Source of the DNA: an uncultured bacterium
Lineage (GTDB): Bacteria > Auribacterota > Erginobacteria > Erginobacterales > CAZKCI01
Length of the DNA: 64,000 nucleotides
Assembly (NCBI GenBank): GCA_964551475.1
Contig: CAZKCI010000023.1
Coordinates: forward strand, 7,289 to 71,288
Direction: 5' to 3'
A program made the translations under genes and the position numbers. Shown here in pieces: positions 18,081 through 27,531 of the stretch. Under the pieces are notes generated by a model. It ran no database searches, had not been told where the DNA came from, and worked only from the letters and a program-made list of their open reading frames with translations. How positions within the stretch are numbered: the first letter of the stretch is position 1; each line of letters begins with the position of its first letter.

Positions 18081-18820
18081 ACATAGTAGGAGTTCATTCC
18101 CCGCAGCCGGGGGAAGCGGTCGCCCAGCGGCTCCCAGAGGACCTCCAGGCGGTGCTTCAACCACCAGCAGAAGCGGGGGCGGAGAAGAAAGCCCAGGTGG
18201 AGCCGCCGCAGCCAGAGACGCCAGCGGAGGAAGAGCGGGGCATTGACCCGATGGGAGGAAACGATGGCGAGGCCGACCGCCGGCGCGGCCTGCGCCAGGG
18301 CCTGCGGGGAGACGCTCCTCTCCCGGGGGCTGGTGCCGTCCCAGAAGTTGAAGGCGTGGGGATTCGGCTCGTGGAGGAGGGCCTCGCCGCCGGGCTGGAG
18401 CAGGGCGGAGATCGCCTGGAGAGAGGCCGCGAGATCCTCGAGATGGTGGAGGACGCCGAGAGAGACGACGAAGTCGAAGACGCCTTCCCGCAGGGGAAGC
18501 GGGCGGGAGAGATCGCACTGAATGAAATGCCCCCCGGGGAAGGCTTTCGCCGCGTGGGAGAGCATGGCCGAGGAGATGTCGGCGCCGAGATAGAAGGGGG
18601 AGAGGCCGGCCGCCCGGAAATAGCGCCGCGGGGAGACAGCCGGTCCGCAGCCGATTTCCAGGATGCGCAAGCGCGGGCCGCCGGCGACGCGGGCCTCGAA
18701 GCGGCGGAAGAGGAAGGAGACGTTGGGATAGTGCCAGATGTATTCCCTCTCCATCTCCCGCAGGCGGGCGGGGGTGGTCTCCTCGAAGTAGGCCTTTTCA
18801 CTTCTCGTCCAGTTGTCCAT
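17990..18820 (-). CDS. Class I SAM-dependent methyltransferase
   Basis: LEIGCGPA motif I, VVSLGVLHHL, LLQPGGEALL; the last ~30 codons are encoded by the AT-rich repeat element. Confidence 0.7.
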   Translation of the reverse strand: MDNWTRSEKAYFEETTPARLREMEREYIWHYPNVSFLFRRFEARVAGGPRLRILEIGCGPAVSPRRYFRAAGLSPFYLGADISSAMLSHAAKAFPGGHFIQCDLSRPLPLREGVFDFVVSLGVLHHLEDLAASLQAISALLQPGGEALLHEPNPHAFNFWDGTSPRERSVSPQALAQAAPAVGLAIVSSHRVNAPLFLRWRLWLRRLHLGFLLRPRFCWWLKHRLEVLWEPLGDRFPRLRGMNSYYVLKKSEYRETKSVTTGQIRNSNIEIRNKSE

Positions 18821-18837
18821 AATAACGAAAACCGATC

Positions 18838-18928
18838 GGGTTCAGCGGTTCACGGTTCAGGGGTTCACGGTTATTTATGATTTTTCCCAACCGCTGAACC
18901 CTTGAACCGTGGAACCTTTTAACCTAAT
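18838..18928. repeat. GGTTCA-heptamer inverted repeat, family C, copy 2
   Basis: gggttcagcggttcacggttcaggggttcacggtt ... aaccgctgaacccttgaaccgtggaacc (reverse-complementary arms). Confidence 0.75.
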
Positions 18929-18974
18929 CCAAGTATATCAGCAGCCAGAAGAACGTGGCATAAGGATAGGGCGG

Positions 18975-19727
18975 ATGAGCCTGCGGAAACGAGCATCCAG
19001 TGTGCTGAAAAATCCCCGGTCTCTCCTCTCGACCCTCCGCGCCCGCCTCGATCCCTTGCGCTACTGGGGGCCGCAGGGCTACCGCGCCGGACGCTACTGG
19101 TCGGATCGCCTCGCCCGCTTCCGTTCCGACCTCCGGGGAGTGGGAAACGCCTCGCTCACCTCCGCCGAGAACGAAAAGCTCCACCGGGAGGGGGCGCAGG
19201 TCTTCCTCTCCCTCTGCCGGGGAGAGGGGATCGACTTCCCCCGGGCCCGCCTCCTCGACATCGGCTGCGGGACCGGCTACTACGCCTCCCTCTTTCGGGA
19301 GGGCGGTGGGAAAAGTTATCTCGGCGCCGACATCACCTCTGTCCTCTTCCCCGATCTCCGGAGCCGCTTCCCCGGTTTTTCCTTCCGCCGGATCGATGTC
19401 TCCCGGGAGCGCCTGGAGGGCGCTTTCGATCTCGTCATCATGATCGACGTCGCACAGCACATCACCTCTCCCGAGGGGTTCGCCTTCGCGATGAAAAACG
19501 TCCGGGAAAGCCTGGCGCCGGGCGGGCGCTTCATCGTCACCTCCTGGCTCGATCGCAACGCCCGCAGGTCCTTCTACGAGATCGCGCGGGGAGAAGAGGA
19601 TTACCGGGCGGCCTTCCCCGGCTGGCGGATGAGCGCACCCCTCCCCTTCCGCGACAAGAAGATATTCTCCCTCAGGCCCCCTAACCAAGGGTCGATGGGT
19701 AAGGGTAAGGAAGACGATTCGAAATGA
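18975..19727 (+). CDS. Class I SAM-dependent methyltransferase
   Basis: LLDIGCGTGYY motif I, FDLVIMIDV, LAPGGRFIV; start placed at second ATG (18975, preceded by aggatagggcgg) because the first ATG at 18909 lies inside the repeat. Confidence 0.65.
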   Translation: MSLRKRASSVLKNPRSLLSTLRARLDPLRYWGPQGYRAGRYWSDRLARFRSDLRGVGNASLTSAENEKLHREGAQVFLSLCRGEGIDFPRARLLDIGCGTGYYASLFREGGGKSYLGADITSVLFPDLRSRFPGFSFRRIDVSRERLEGAFDLVIMIDVAQHITSPEGFAFAMKNVRESLAPGGRFIVTSWLDRNARRSFYEIARGEEDYRAAFPGWRMSAPLPFRDKKIFSLRPPNQGSMGKGKEDDSK

Positions 19728-20752
19728 TGAGCTCGCCAAGGAAATGGCTGATCCTCTTCCTCGTCGCGGCGGTACTCATTGCGGCGATCCTGTATGTTTT
19801 CGATCTCGCCTTCAGCCCCTACCGGAGGCTCCCCCCCAACGGCACTGTCGACGGAGTCTTCCGCACCTGGGGCTATCCGGTCGAAACAAACCGCTTCGGC
19901 TTCCGGGAGAGGGACTTCGCCGCGCCCAAACCCTCCGGTGTTTTCCGTGTCATGGTTCTGGGCGACTCTCTCACCTGGGGCGGCGGGCTGCGAGCGGATC
20001 AGCGATACACCGCTGTCTGCGAAGAATGGTGGCAAATGTATCAATCCGGGAGAAAGGCCGAAATCCTGAACTTCGGCATCATCGGGAGCCCCACCACGGT
20101 CCAGAGGGACACGTTGAAACGCTACGGGCCGATCGTCCAGCCCGATCTCGTCGTCGTCGGCTTCTGTTTCAACGACACGCAGACGAAGAGCCAGTACCAC
20201 AGCGCGGAGAGGGAACGGGTCGACCGGAGCCTTCCCGGGCGAGCGGTCGCCTATCTCTCCAGCGGCCTGCGCCAAACAGGTCTCATCTACACATCGAAGC
20301 TCATCTACGACGGATTCTACCGCCTGATGGAAATGGTCGGGCGCGTCCCGGTCTGGCCGGACGCCCTGGACCGGACCTATGACAAGACGTCGCCGGAATG
20401 GAAAAACTTCTGCGCGGCCCTGCGGGAGATCAAGGACGAGGCGGAACGGCTGACCGGCCGCCCTCCCCTCTTCGCCGTCCTCAACCAGGGTTTCTGGCGC
20501 GACCGACCCACCGACTACGGCCATCCCGACGCCAACCTTGAGCGCTACCTCCGCTGGTATCATCGGGCGGAGGCGGCGGCGCGGGAGATCGGCTTTTTTA
20601 CCTACAACCACGAAGAGGAGATCGCCAGAGAACTCAAGGACCGGCCGCTCTCGGTCAACGCCGTGGACGGCCATCCCTCGGCCGAGCTGAACCGCGTCTA
20701 CGGGGAGAAGCTCTACCGGGAGCTGGAGACGGCTCTCCTCGCCGATCCTTAG
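19724..20752 (+). CDS. SGNH/GDSL-family hydrolase with N-terminal membrane anchor
   Basis: N-terminal TM, GDSL block I (VMVLGDSLTWGGG), block V DGHPS; ATGA overlap with upstream gene. Confidence 0.7.
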   Translation: MMSSPRKWLILFLVAAVLIAAILYVFDLAFSPYRRLPPNGTVDGVFRTWGYPVETNRFGFRERDFAAPKPSGVFRVMVLGDSLTWGGGLRADQRYTAVCEEWWQMYQSGRKAEILNFGIIGSPTTVQRDTLKRYGPIVQPDLVVVGFCFNDTQTKSQYHSAERERVDRSLPGRAVAYLSSGLRQTGLIYTSKLIYDGFYRLMEMVGRVPVWPDALDRTYDKTSPEWKNFCAALREIKDEAERLTGRPPLFAVLNQGFWRDRPTDYGHPDANLERYLRWYHRAEAAAREIGFFTYNHEEEIARELKDRPLSVNAVDGHPSAELNRVYGEKLYRELETALLADP

Positions 20753-21410
20753 CCGCCTTCTCCGCCAGAATCACCACGCCCGGCGCCAGGAACTCGACCG
20801 CCGGGCGCAATGCCAAGAGAGCCGGGAAGCGGCGGATGAGAGCCGCCCGACCGCGGCGGGAGAAGATGCCCTCGATGCGCAGGGGCGTGAAGCCGTTCTC
20901 CCTGAGCAGAGCGACCAGATCGCGGACGCCGAAGTAGTGGATGTGCCCCCCGTCGTAGTCGGAACCGGGTCGCGACGAGGTGAGGGGGAACGAACCTCCC
21001 AGGACCAGGCTCTTGAGTCTCCTCCAGTAGCGGATGTTGGGCGTGGAGAGGATAAGGAGCCCCCCCGGCCGGAGCGATCGTCCGATCCGGCCGATCAACG
21101 CGCCGGGATCGCGAACATGCTCGATCACGTCGAGACAGGCGGCGGCCGAGAGGTCCCGGCCGGGAAGCTCGCCCGCTTCGACATCCGCCTGCGCGACGAA
21201 CACGCCCCTGTCCCGCGCGGCGCGCAGTCTCTCCCAATCGGCGTCAATCCCCACCCCCCTGCTGTACTTTTCCCGGCTTTCGATCAGAAAACGCCCCTCC
21301 CCGCAGCCGACGTCGAGAAGCGTCTCCACCGGGGGGAGGAGGCGGGCGGCGACCGCCTCGCGGCAGTGAGAAGGAAGCTGGGCGCGATCAATGGTATCCG
21401 GGGATTTCAT
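20655..21410 (-). CDS. Class I SAM-dependent methyltransferase (Methyltransf_11-like) with Arg-rich low-complexity C-terminal tail
   Basis: LLDVGCGEGRF motif I, LDVIEHV, LRPGGLLILSTPN; the 3' end overlaps the convergent SGNH gene by ~98 nt. Confidence 0.65.
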   Translation of the reverse strand: MKSPDTIDRAQLPSHCREAVAARLLPPVETLLDVGCGEGRFLIESREKYSRGVGIDADWERLRAARDRGVFVAQADVEAGELPGRDLSAAACLDVIEHVRDPGALIGRIGRSLRPGGLLILSTPNIRYWRRLKSLVLGGSFPLTSSRPGSDYDGGHIHYFGVRDLVALLRENGFTPLRIEGIFSRRGRAALIRRFPALLALRPAVEFLAPGVVILAEKAAKDRRGEPSPAPGRASPRRRGSARPRDGRPRR

Positions 21411-21958
21411 TTGGATGCCGCGCGCGCCCGATAATAAGACCGTTTCTCTCGCACGGCGAAGCCGATCCGCCGGCGGGCACGGCGAGGCGGATTCATCAAT
21501 CGGCGCAGAGCAGTGAAGACGACGCGGAACTGGGCGTCGTATTTTCTCTCCAGTTCGTCTAATTCCCTCGCCAGGCCGGAGTGGGTGGCCAGAATCTGCC
21601 GAAGCCGGATGAAGGCTCGCATGATGGCGATATTCACTTGAATGGCGCGTTGACTATTGAGGACGCTCGATAGCATCGCCACGCCCGGTTCGGTGAAAGC
21701 CATCGGCGGATAGCGTAGACCCAGGCGGTCGGATTTGGAGGTGCCAAATTGGCGCCTCCAATTTGTCAACTCTTGCTGATCCAACACAAACATGAAATCT
21801 ACCGGGAAACGATCGATGTTCCGTCGAACCGCTCTTTTCAGGGATTTGGCGTCGATCCCGTATAACAAGGCCAAGTCACGATCCAGCATCACCTTCTTCC
21901 CGCGCAGGAGTAGTATTTTGCTCTCGATCCGTTCCGTCAGAATCATCTTATCGCTCAT
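21407..21958 (-). CDS. ORF6N domain protein (KilA-N-like, phage antirepressor-associated domain)
   Basis: ILLLRGKKVMLDRDLALLYGIDAKSLKRAVRRNIDRFPVDFMFVL matches the ORF6N domain consensus; noticeably lower GC than flanks. Confidence 0.7.
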   Translation of the reverse strand: MSDKMILTERIESKILLLRGKKVMLDRDLALLYGIDAKSLKRAVRRNIDRFPVDFMFVLDQQELTNWRRQFGTSKSDRLGLRYPPMAFTEPGVAMLSSVLNSQRAIQVNIAIMRAFIRLRQILATHSGLARELDELERKYDAQFRVVFTALRRLMNPPRRARRRIGFAVREKRSYYRARAASK

Positions 21959-22068
21959 GGCACGCCTTCGCTCAACGGCTACCGCACCTGTTTGACGCGG
22001 TCGCTATCCCCGACAGTCTTGATCCGCCCAGCCGGGCAATTTGACAATTTGACACCGTCCCTCCTCCC

Positions 22069-22184
22069 CCAAGAATGTCGCTCCCACGAATCGACGAAGA
22101 GCGCGCGCCAGAGTCGACTGTGGGAGGGGCGTCTCGCCCCGATCCAAGTCGGCGAGGATCGCGACAGGAATGTCGCTCCCACAA
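22069..22184. repeat. Family D hairpin repeat (TGTGGGAGGGGCGTCTCGCCCCGATCC ... GGATCGCGACAGGAATGTCGCTCCCACA), copy 1 with an extra half-copy
   Basis: Outer stems tgtgggag/ctcccaca and cgatcc/ggatcg; homologous copies at 44407, 48729 and 51695/51830. Confidence 0.75.
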
Positions 22185-22210
22185 ACGGCGTGGCCGGATC
22201 AACAACGGGG

Positions 22211-23722
22211 TCAGTTTGATTTCATGCATCTGCTCACCCTCACCCTCTCCCCCTTCCGCACCGGCACGGGGGAATGGGGCCGTTCCCCCTCGCCCGCTTT
22301 CATCCCCAGATCGCGCGCCGTCCTTGAGGTCATCCCGACGACCAGCGCAAACAGGAAGGCATTGGCCGGGATATGAAAGTTGAAATCCATGAAGCTGTGG
22401 ACGATGAGCGCGGTGGCGGAGGCGTATCCCCCGACGAGGAGGAAACGGCGGCTCAGGGGGCCGGGAAGAAGGGTCGGGGGGCGGCGGGACGACTTCCGCC
22501 CGGGCAGGAAGTCGGGATGGAGCGAGCGCAGCGGCAGGTAGAAGGAGAGCAGAGCGGCGAGGACGATAAGCAGGCCGATCATCCCCGTCTCCACGGCGAG
22601 CTGGAGATAGTCGTTCTCGGCGAAGGGGTAATCGTAGCGGGTGGAGAAGGACTTGTAGCGGCCGATCCCGTGCCCCTCCGGGTTGTAGACGAAAGCGAAG
22701 GTGTTGAGTCCCGTCCCGAGAAGGGGGTAGTCGCGGACGATCTCGATCGAATCGGACCAGACGCGCAGGCGGTGGGGGGGGGCCTTTCCGGTCGGGTGCA
22801 GGCGTTCGAGAAGCTGGTCCCAGCCGAAATAGGTGAAGGCGGTGAGGAAGAAAAGGAGGAGGACGAGGAGGGCCTGAACGATCGCCCGGGTGCGGGCGAG
22901 GCGCAACCGGCGGCAGAGTAAGGCGAAGAGGCCGAGGGAAAGGAGAAAAGAGAGGATCCCGCCCCGGGAGACGGTGAGAAAAAGGGCGAGGGCCATGATC
23001 AGAATCATGAAGACCATCAGCGCCTGGACCGGATCGAAGCCGGAGGGCGAGCGGCGGCGGGGCCCCTTGTGGAGACGGTCGGAGAGGAAGAGGGACAGGG
23101 AGAGGGGGATGACCATGGCGATGAAACCGGCAAAATGGTTGCGGTTGACGAAGGGGCCGAAGGGATGCGCCCGGGGGTCGCTCACCTTCCGGATCCAGTA
23201 GAGCTTCCCGGACCAGCTGAACTTCTGGATGATCCCGAAGAGGGAGAGGACGAAGCCGAAGGCGGTGAGGACGAGGATCATCCGGGTGAAAACGGAGAGA
23301 GATTCGGCGTCGTCCGCCTCCGCGACCGCGAGAAAGACGGCCAGGCAGGCGATGAGGCGCATGAGCTCGGCGAGCGTCGCGGCGGGGCGGGAGGAGAGAG
23401 GACGCCAGCTGCCGGCGCCCTCGTTCCCGCCGGCGGGGGCAGAGGCGGAATGGAAAAGATCGTTCAGAGCGGGAGGCAGAGGAAGAAGCTGAAACAAGAC
23501 CAGAAGAAAAAAGAGGCCCAGGCAGACGCCCAGGGGGGAGGCGAGCGACGGAAAACGGAGAGACCCCGCCCGCGCCTTGGACCAGAGGAGAAGAGCGAAG
23601 AGAACGGCGGCGCCAAGGTTGAGGACCGCGGAAGACCAGCCTTCGACGCCCCCGAAAGCCAGGGCGCCGAAGGCGACCAGGAGGAGAGCGCCCCAGGAAA
23701 TCAAGGAAGCGAGCGATGTCAT
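22211..23722 (-). CDS. O-antigen ligase domain (Wzy_C) membrane protein
   Basis: Start MTSLASLISWG...; multi-TM; motif FAENDYLQLAVETGMIGLLIVL matches the Wzy_C consensus; ATGA overlap with the upstream giant gene; the listed 999-aa ORF is a spurious 5' extension. Confidence 0.7.
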   Translation of the reverse strand: MTSLASLISWGALLLVAFGALAFGGVEGWSSAVLNLGAAVLFALLLWSKARAGSLRFPSLASPLGVCLGLFFLLVLFQLLPLPPALNDLFHSASAPAGGNEGAGSWRPLSSRPAATLAELMRLIACLAVFLAVAEADDAESLSVFTRMILVLTAFGFVLSLFGIIQKFSWSGKLYWIRKVSDPRAHPFGPFVNRNHFAGFIAMVIPLSLSLFLSDRLHKGPRRRSPSGFDPVQALMVFMILIMALALFLTVSRGGILSFLLSLGLFALLCRRLRLARTRAIVQALLVLLLFFLTAFTYFGWDQLLERLHPTGKAPPHRLRVWSDSIEIVRDYPLLGTGLNTFAFVYNPEGHGIGRYKSFSTRYDYPFAENDYLQLAVETGMIGLLIVLAALLSFYLPLRSLHPDFLPGRKSSRRPPTLLPGPLSRRFLLVGGYASATALIVHSFMDFNFHIPANAFLFALVVGMTSRTARDLGMKAGEGERPHSPVPVRKGERVRVSRCMKSN

Positions 23723-26700
23723 CCGGTCCCCTCGCGCGGCTGCGAGACGATGGAGAGGAGAAGGAATATCAGAAGGGTCGCCATCAGATGAGGCGCATAG
23801 GACGGGCGGGACCGGGGAGCGAGAAAAGGACGGAGGATGTCGTCGGGACGGGCGGGGAGGCGCACAGGCGCCGGGGCTTTCGTAGGCGCCCAGAGGTCCT
23901 CCAGTCCCCGCGGATCGGAGCGAATCCGGTCCCATTGGCCGAGAAGCGAAGCGGCGGGGAAGATGCGGATGGCGGGGTCGAAGGAAACAGAAGACTCGCG
24001 CAGAAGCCCCCAGTAGTAAAACTCGTTCTCGAAGAGGGAGGGCAGATAGCTCAGATAGGAGGGCGTCCGGAAGAGATCGCCGGAGGAACGGCGGGCGACC
24101 TCGCTGATCTCGTAGTATTCCTTCCGGGTATAGAACCAGGATCCGTGGGCGAGCTCGATGTAGTCGGAATACATCATCGCTCCCGGGGGTTCCTGGGCGG
24201 CCGACGCCGACAGGTCGTCCCAGGAGGCAGCCGGGCGGAGATCGGGCCAGGGGGACAGATCCTGGCAGATCAGCGTCGCCACTCCGTGGGGGATGAAATG
24301 TATCCAGGCCCAGGCTTTGACCCGGTCCGGCGCCCAGCGGGCGAGGCGAAAGGTCTCGAGCCTCCCCCAGTGGCTGAGAAGCAGGATAAGCATCAGAGCG
24401 CCGATCGCCCAGCGAAAAGGACGCCAGCGGCGGACGAGATCGCGGGCGGCGGCGGCCATGATGACGACGAGCGGTATCCAGGCCGGGAAGTAATGGCGGA
24501 TGACCTGCGCTGCCCCCGTATACGTGACGGCGACGGCGGCGCCGAAGAAGAGGGCGAGCAGAAATCCGAGGCCCTCCGGCAAGCGGCGGCGGCGGACGGC
24601 CCCAGCCGCCCAGATGAGGGACGAGATGGCCGCCGCGGTCGCCAGGGGTCCTTCGGAGACGAAAAGGTAGCGCCAGAAAAACCAAAAATCCACCGGCAGC
24701 GCCCGGGCGTGGAGGAGGTTGTCCCGGAAGGTGGCGGCGAGGATGCGGTGATAGGGGACATAGGAGCTTCCGACCGTGCGGGTGGAAAGGAAGCTCAAGA
24801 CCTCCCAGCCGAGCCAGACCGCGGCCGCTCCGCCGAGCAGGGCGATTCCGCCGACAACAATTTCTCTCCGGCGCGGCCCCCGGAACAGCCTCAGGATGCG
24901 CCAGACGCCGTCCACGGCGAGCAGGCAGAAACCCGGCCAGAGGTCGGACGAGCTGAAGAAGAGGCTGGCCCCGACGAGAAGGCCGGCGGCGAGGAAACGC
25001 CGGGGGCGGCCGGAGGACCGGGCGGCAAGGTAGGCCCAGAGGGCGAGGGCGAACCAGAGCCCGCCCCCGGTGGCATGGATCCCCCAGGTGGAGTAGGTCA
25101 CGGCCCAGGGGGAGATCGCCCAAAGAAAGGCGGCGACCAATCCTGCCGCGCGGCCGGCGGCCCGCCGTCCCAGGCCGTAGATCAGGAGGACCGTGATCAG
25201 CCCCTTGCAACAGGTCCAGAACTGGATCGTCCGGGCCGAGGACCCCAGCAGGTAGTCGAGGAGACAGCGCTCCAGGAGGAAGAACGGCTTGGCCATCGAG
25301 GTGACGGTCTTGTTCACGTCGAGCTGGGTGAGGTGGACGGCGAGGATGAAGGGAGAGGCGATCCCCCGGCCTTGGAAGAGCGGGAAGGTCCTACCCTTCT
25401 CCACATAGGTCCGGTATTCGGCGTCGTCGCCGCCCATCTGGGAGAAGCGTTTCAACCCGTGGAAACGGAAGACGGCGGCCACGGCCAGAACGAGAGCGAG
25501 AACGATGACCAACCGCGCGGCCTGGAGCCCCCGGACAAGTTCGGACGGCGCGGGCGCGGAGAGGAAGAGGACGAGGAGACCGAGGGCGAGAAGGGCCAAG
25601 AACGGCGGCCAAGCGCCCCGGAAGGGGAAGACCGCGAAACGGACGAAAGACCAGTAGATGTTCGTCCCCCGAGCCCCGTCTTCGTGGACCCATTTGACCG
25701 TGACCGCGTCGGCCGGACGGGGAGGATGGGCGCGAAAGGCGAGGACCGCCGCGACCGGGATGACCCGCAGGTCGGGGTCGAAAACCTCCTTCCTCTGGCG
25801 CACGAATCCCCAGTAGTAGTCCTCGTTCTCGTAAAGAAAGGAGGGGTCGGAGAGGTGGGTGCCGGCGCGGAAGGCCTCCCCCTCGATCGCCCGGCAGGAC
25901 TGGGCGATCTGGAACATCTCGAGGGGATAATCCCAGATCCCCCGGGTGATGGCCAGGTAGTCGCCATAGACCAGGTAGAGCGGGCCTTGCGCCTTCTCCC
26001 TCTGGGCAAGCTCGGACCAGCTGTGGAATCGAGGAACCTCCGGCCAGAGAGCGGCGGGCTGATTGGCGGGGGCGAGGACGCGACCGGCGGGAGCGTTTTC
26101 ACTCATCCAGGCGGCGAGGCGGAAAGCGCCCTGTCGGCTGTACCGGTAGACGAGAAGACTTTTCCCCGAGAAAAGGAGGGCGGCGAGGAGCAGGAGGGCA
26201 AGAATCGCCCCCCGGACGAAGCGGCGGGAACCGGAGAAAAGGACCCTCCCCTTGAGCCAGGAGGCGGCCAGCCCCCCGATCGGCGCCAGGGCGAGCGACC
26301 AGGCGAAGACATAGTGGCGGGCGCACTGGGTCGAACCCGACCAGGTGGCGGCGGAGATCGAAGCGAGGGAGGCGGCGAGGAGAGCAAGCAGGGGGAAACG
26401 ATCGGAACGGTCCGTTCGGAACACCGCCCGGACGGTCCAGATCAGCGAGACAATCCAGAGAATGAGCTGGGGCCGGCCTTCGGTGGCGTGGATCAGACGA
26501 AGCCAGAAAAGATGATCGATCGGAAGCAGGCTGGCGTGAAAAGCGTTGTCCTCCGCGGTCTGGGCGAAGCCGGCCCAGAAGGGACGGTACGGAACCGCCA
26601 GGATCCGGGACTGGATGAGACCGAGCGCCTCCCAGAGAAGAGGGAGAAGGAGGAAACCGAAGAGGAGCGTGAGACAGCCGCGGAGCGCTTTCCGGCCGGG

Positions 26701-27426
26701 CGGGCGGGCGGCAGACCGCGCGTCCCCCTGGTAGCCGCAGGCTTGAGCCTGCGCTCCCTCCAGCCACCGGCGGATCGCGGCCAGGCCGAGAACGGCGACC
26801 GCCGGCCAGATCACGGTCGGATTGGCCAGAACCGCCGCCCCGAGGCAAATCCCGACCAGCAGGGGAATAAAGCGCAGAGCGACAAGACCACGGAAGGCGA
26901 GAAGGAGGAAGAGGAGGCTGTCCATGGTGGGTATGCCGTATGTGCTGTAGCGGGTGAGCCAGGGGGAGACGGCGGCGAGGGAGGCGGCGATCAGGCCGGC
27001 CGCCGATCCGAAGAGGCGGCGGCCGATGGAGAAGACGACCAGAACGACGGCAAGACCGGAGATCGCCAGCGACCACTGCTGGCGGTACAGGGTCAGACCG
27101 ACCGCGCCTTCGATCGCCGAGAGCTTCAGCATATAGAGGGGCTTGGCCAGCGAGGTGAAGGCCATATCACGGTAGGAACGCCGGGCGAGGTCGTTGGCGA
27201 CCATGAAGGGGGAGAAGGCCCTGAACGCGAATGAGGAAGAGGGATGGCTCAGGCGCCAGGAGGAGTAGCCGTCGCGGACGCTGTTGAGATAGGAGGCGTC
27301 GTCACCCGGCGTGGGGCCGTAGGTGGAGAGATCGAAGAGGCGGACCAGTCCCGCCAGGGCGAGGATCAGCAGGAGGATCGCGCCGACGCTGACAGCTGAT
27401 TTTCTGGTCCTGGACGGAGAATTCAT
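23719..27426 (-). CDS. Giant (~1235 aa) membrane protein made of two tandem GT-C (ArnT/PMT-like) modules, each ending in a YENE(D/F)YYWG-containing soluble domain
   Basis: Two colinear modules, each with ~10 TM helices; a DD motif in the first loop (TPGDDASY / MGGDDAEY); shared ...MAKP(L/F)(Y/F)(M/L)L..., SPW(L/A)(T/V)(R/T)YSTWG, and C-terminal ...YLVYGDYLAI.../...MMYSDYIELAHG... and FLYENEDYYWGF/LFENEFYYWGL; start set at internal ATG 27426 (MNSPSRTRK... then TM). Confidence 0.6.
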   Translation of the reverse strand: MNSPSRTRKSAVSVGAILLLILALAGLVRLFDLSTYGPTPGDDASYLNSVRDGYSSWRLSHPSSSFAFRAFSPFMVANDLARRSYRDMAFTSLAKPLYMLKLSAIEGAVGLTLYRQQWSLAISGLAVVLVVFSIGRRLFGSAAGLIAASLAAVSPWLTRYSTYGIPTMDSLLFLLLAFRGLVALRFIPLLVGICLGAAVLANPTVIWPAVAVLGLAAIRRWLEGAQAQACGYQGDARSAARPPGRKALRGCLTLLFGFLLLPLLWEALGLIQSRILAVPYRPFWAGFAQTAEDNAFHASLLPIDHLFWLRLIHATEGRPQLILWIVSLIWTVRAVFRTDRSDRFPLLALLAASLASISAATWSGSTQCARHYVFAWSLALAPIGGLAASWLKGRVLFSGSRRFVRGAILALLLLAALLFSGKSLLVYRYSRQGAFRLAAWMSENAPAGRVLAPANQPAALWPEVPRFHSWSELAQREKAQGPLYLVYGDYLAITRGIWDYPLEMFQIAQSCRAIEGEAFRAGTHLSDPSFLYENEDYYWGFVRQRKEVFDPDLRVIPVAAVLAFRAHPPRPADAVTVKWVHEDGARGTNIYWSFVRFAVFPFRGAWPPFLALLALGLLVLFLSAPAPSELVRGLQAARLVIVLALVLAVAAVFRFHGLKRFSQMGGDDAEYRTYVEKGRTFPLFQGRGIASPFILAVHLTQLDVNKTVTSMAKPFFLLERCLLDYLLGSSARTIQFWTCCKGLITVLLIYGLGRRAAGRAAGLVAAFLWAISPWAVTYSTWGIHATGGGLWFALALWAYLAARSSGRPRRFLAAGLLVGASLFFSSSDLWPGFCLLAVDGVWRILRLFRGPRRREIVVGGIALLGGAAAVWLGWEVLSFLSTRTVGSSYVPYHRILAATFRDNLLHARALPVDFWFFWRYLFVSEGPLATAAAISSLIWAAGAVRRRRLPEGLGFLLALFFGAAVAVTYTGAAQVIRHYFPAWIPLVVIMAAAARDLVRRWRPFRWAIGALMLILLLSHWGRLETFRLARWAPDRVKAWAWIHFIPHGVATLICQDLSPWPDLRPAASWDDLSASAAQEPPGAMMYSDYIELAHGSWFYTRKEYYEISEVARRSSGDLFRTPSYLSYLPSLFENEFYYWGLLRESSVSFDPAIRIFPAASLLGQWDRIRSDPRGLEDLWAPTKAPAPVRLPARPDDILRPFLAPRSRPSYAPHLMATLLIFLLLSIVSQPREGTG

Positions 27427-27508
27427 CGAGGGGAAAGCTCTGCCATCAACCTGCGTTCTCATAGAGAATAACCGATCGGGAGAGGAGAAAACAGGGGAAA
27501 CCCCGCAA

Positions 27509-27531
27509 AATGAATGTCCTCCGGACATTCA
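27509..27531. promoter_or_regulatory. Perfect 10-bp inverted repeat (ATGAATGTCC-tcc-GGACATTCAT) in AT-richer divergent promoter region
   Basis: Lies in the ~210-nt gap between the giant minus-strand GT-C gene (start ~27426) and the plus-strand sulfatase-like gene (27637); followed by tgaaatgatgaaatatatatgcaatattaag. Confidence 0.5.

Noticed and set aside
17739-18086. 115-aa plus-strand ORF spanning the AT-rich island
   Set aside because: It is encoded entirely by repeat/low-complexity DNA and overlaps the methyltransferase on the other strand. Only its internal MDKKMSSS... segment is mentioned as a speculative mini-ORF.
18909-18974. First ATG of ORF 18909..19727 and N-terminal extension MEPFNLIQVYQQPEERGIRIGR
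   Set aside because: The ATG lies inside the GGTTCA family C repeat and the extension has no RBS. The second ATG at 18975 has a purine-rich RBS and gives a normal methyltransferase N-terminus.
23716-27234. 1172-aa plus-strand ORF (and other long ORFs such as 2568..3422, 8195..9391, 12405..13709, 15034..16512, 22373..23791) antisense to annotated genes
   Set aside because: Translations are Arg/Gly/Pro/Glu-rich low-complexity with no domain signatures. They lie opposite clearly recognisable conserved proteins. These are typical spurious ORFs of high-GC DNA, where stop codons are rare in non-coding frames.
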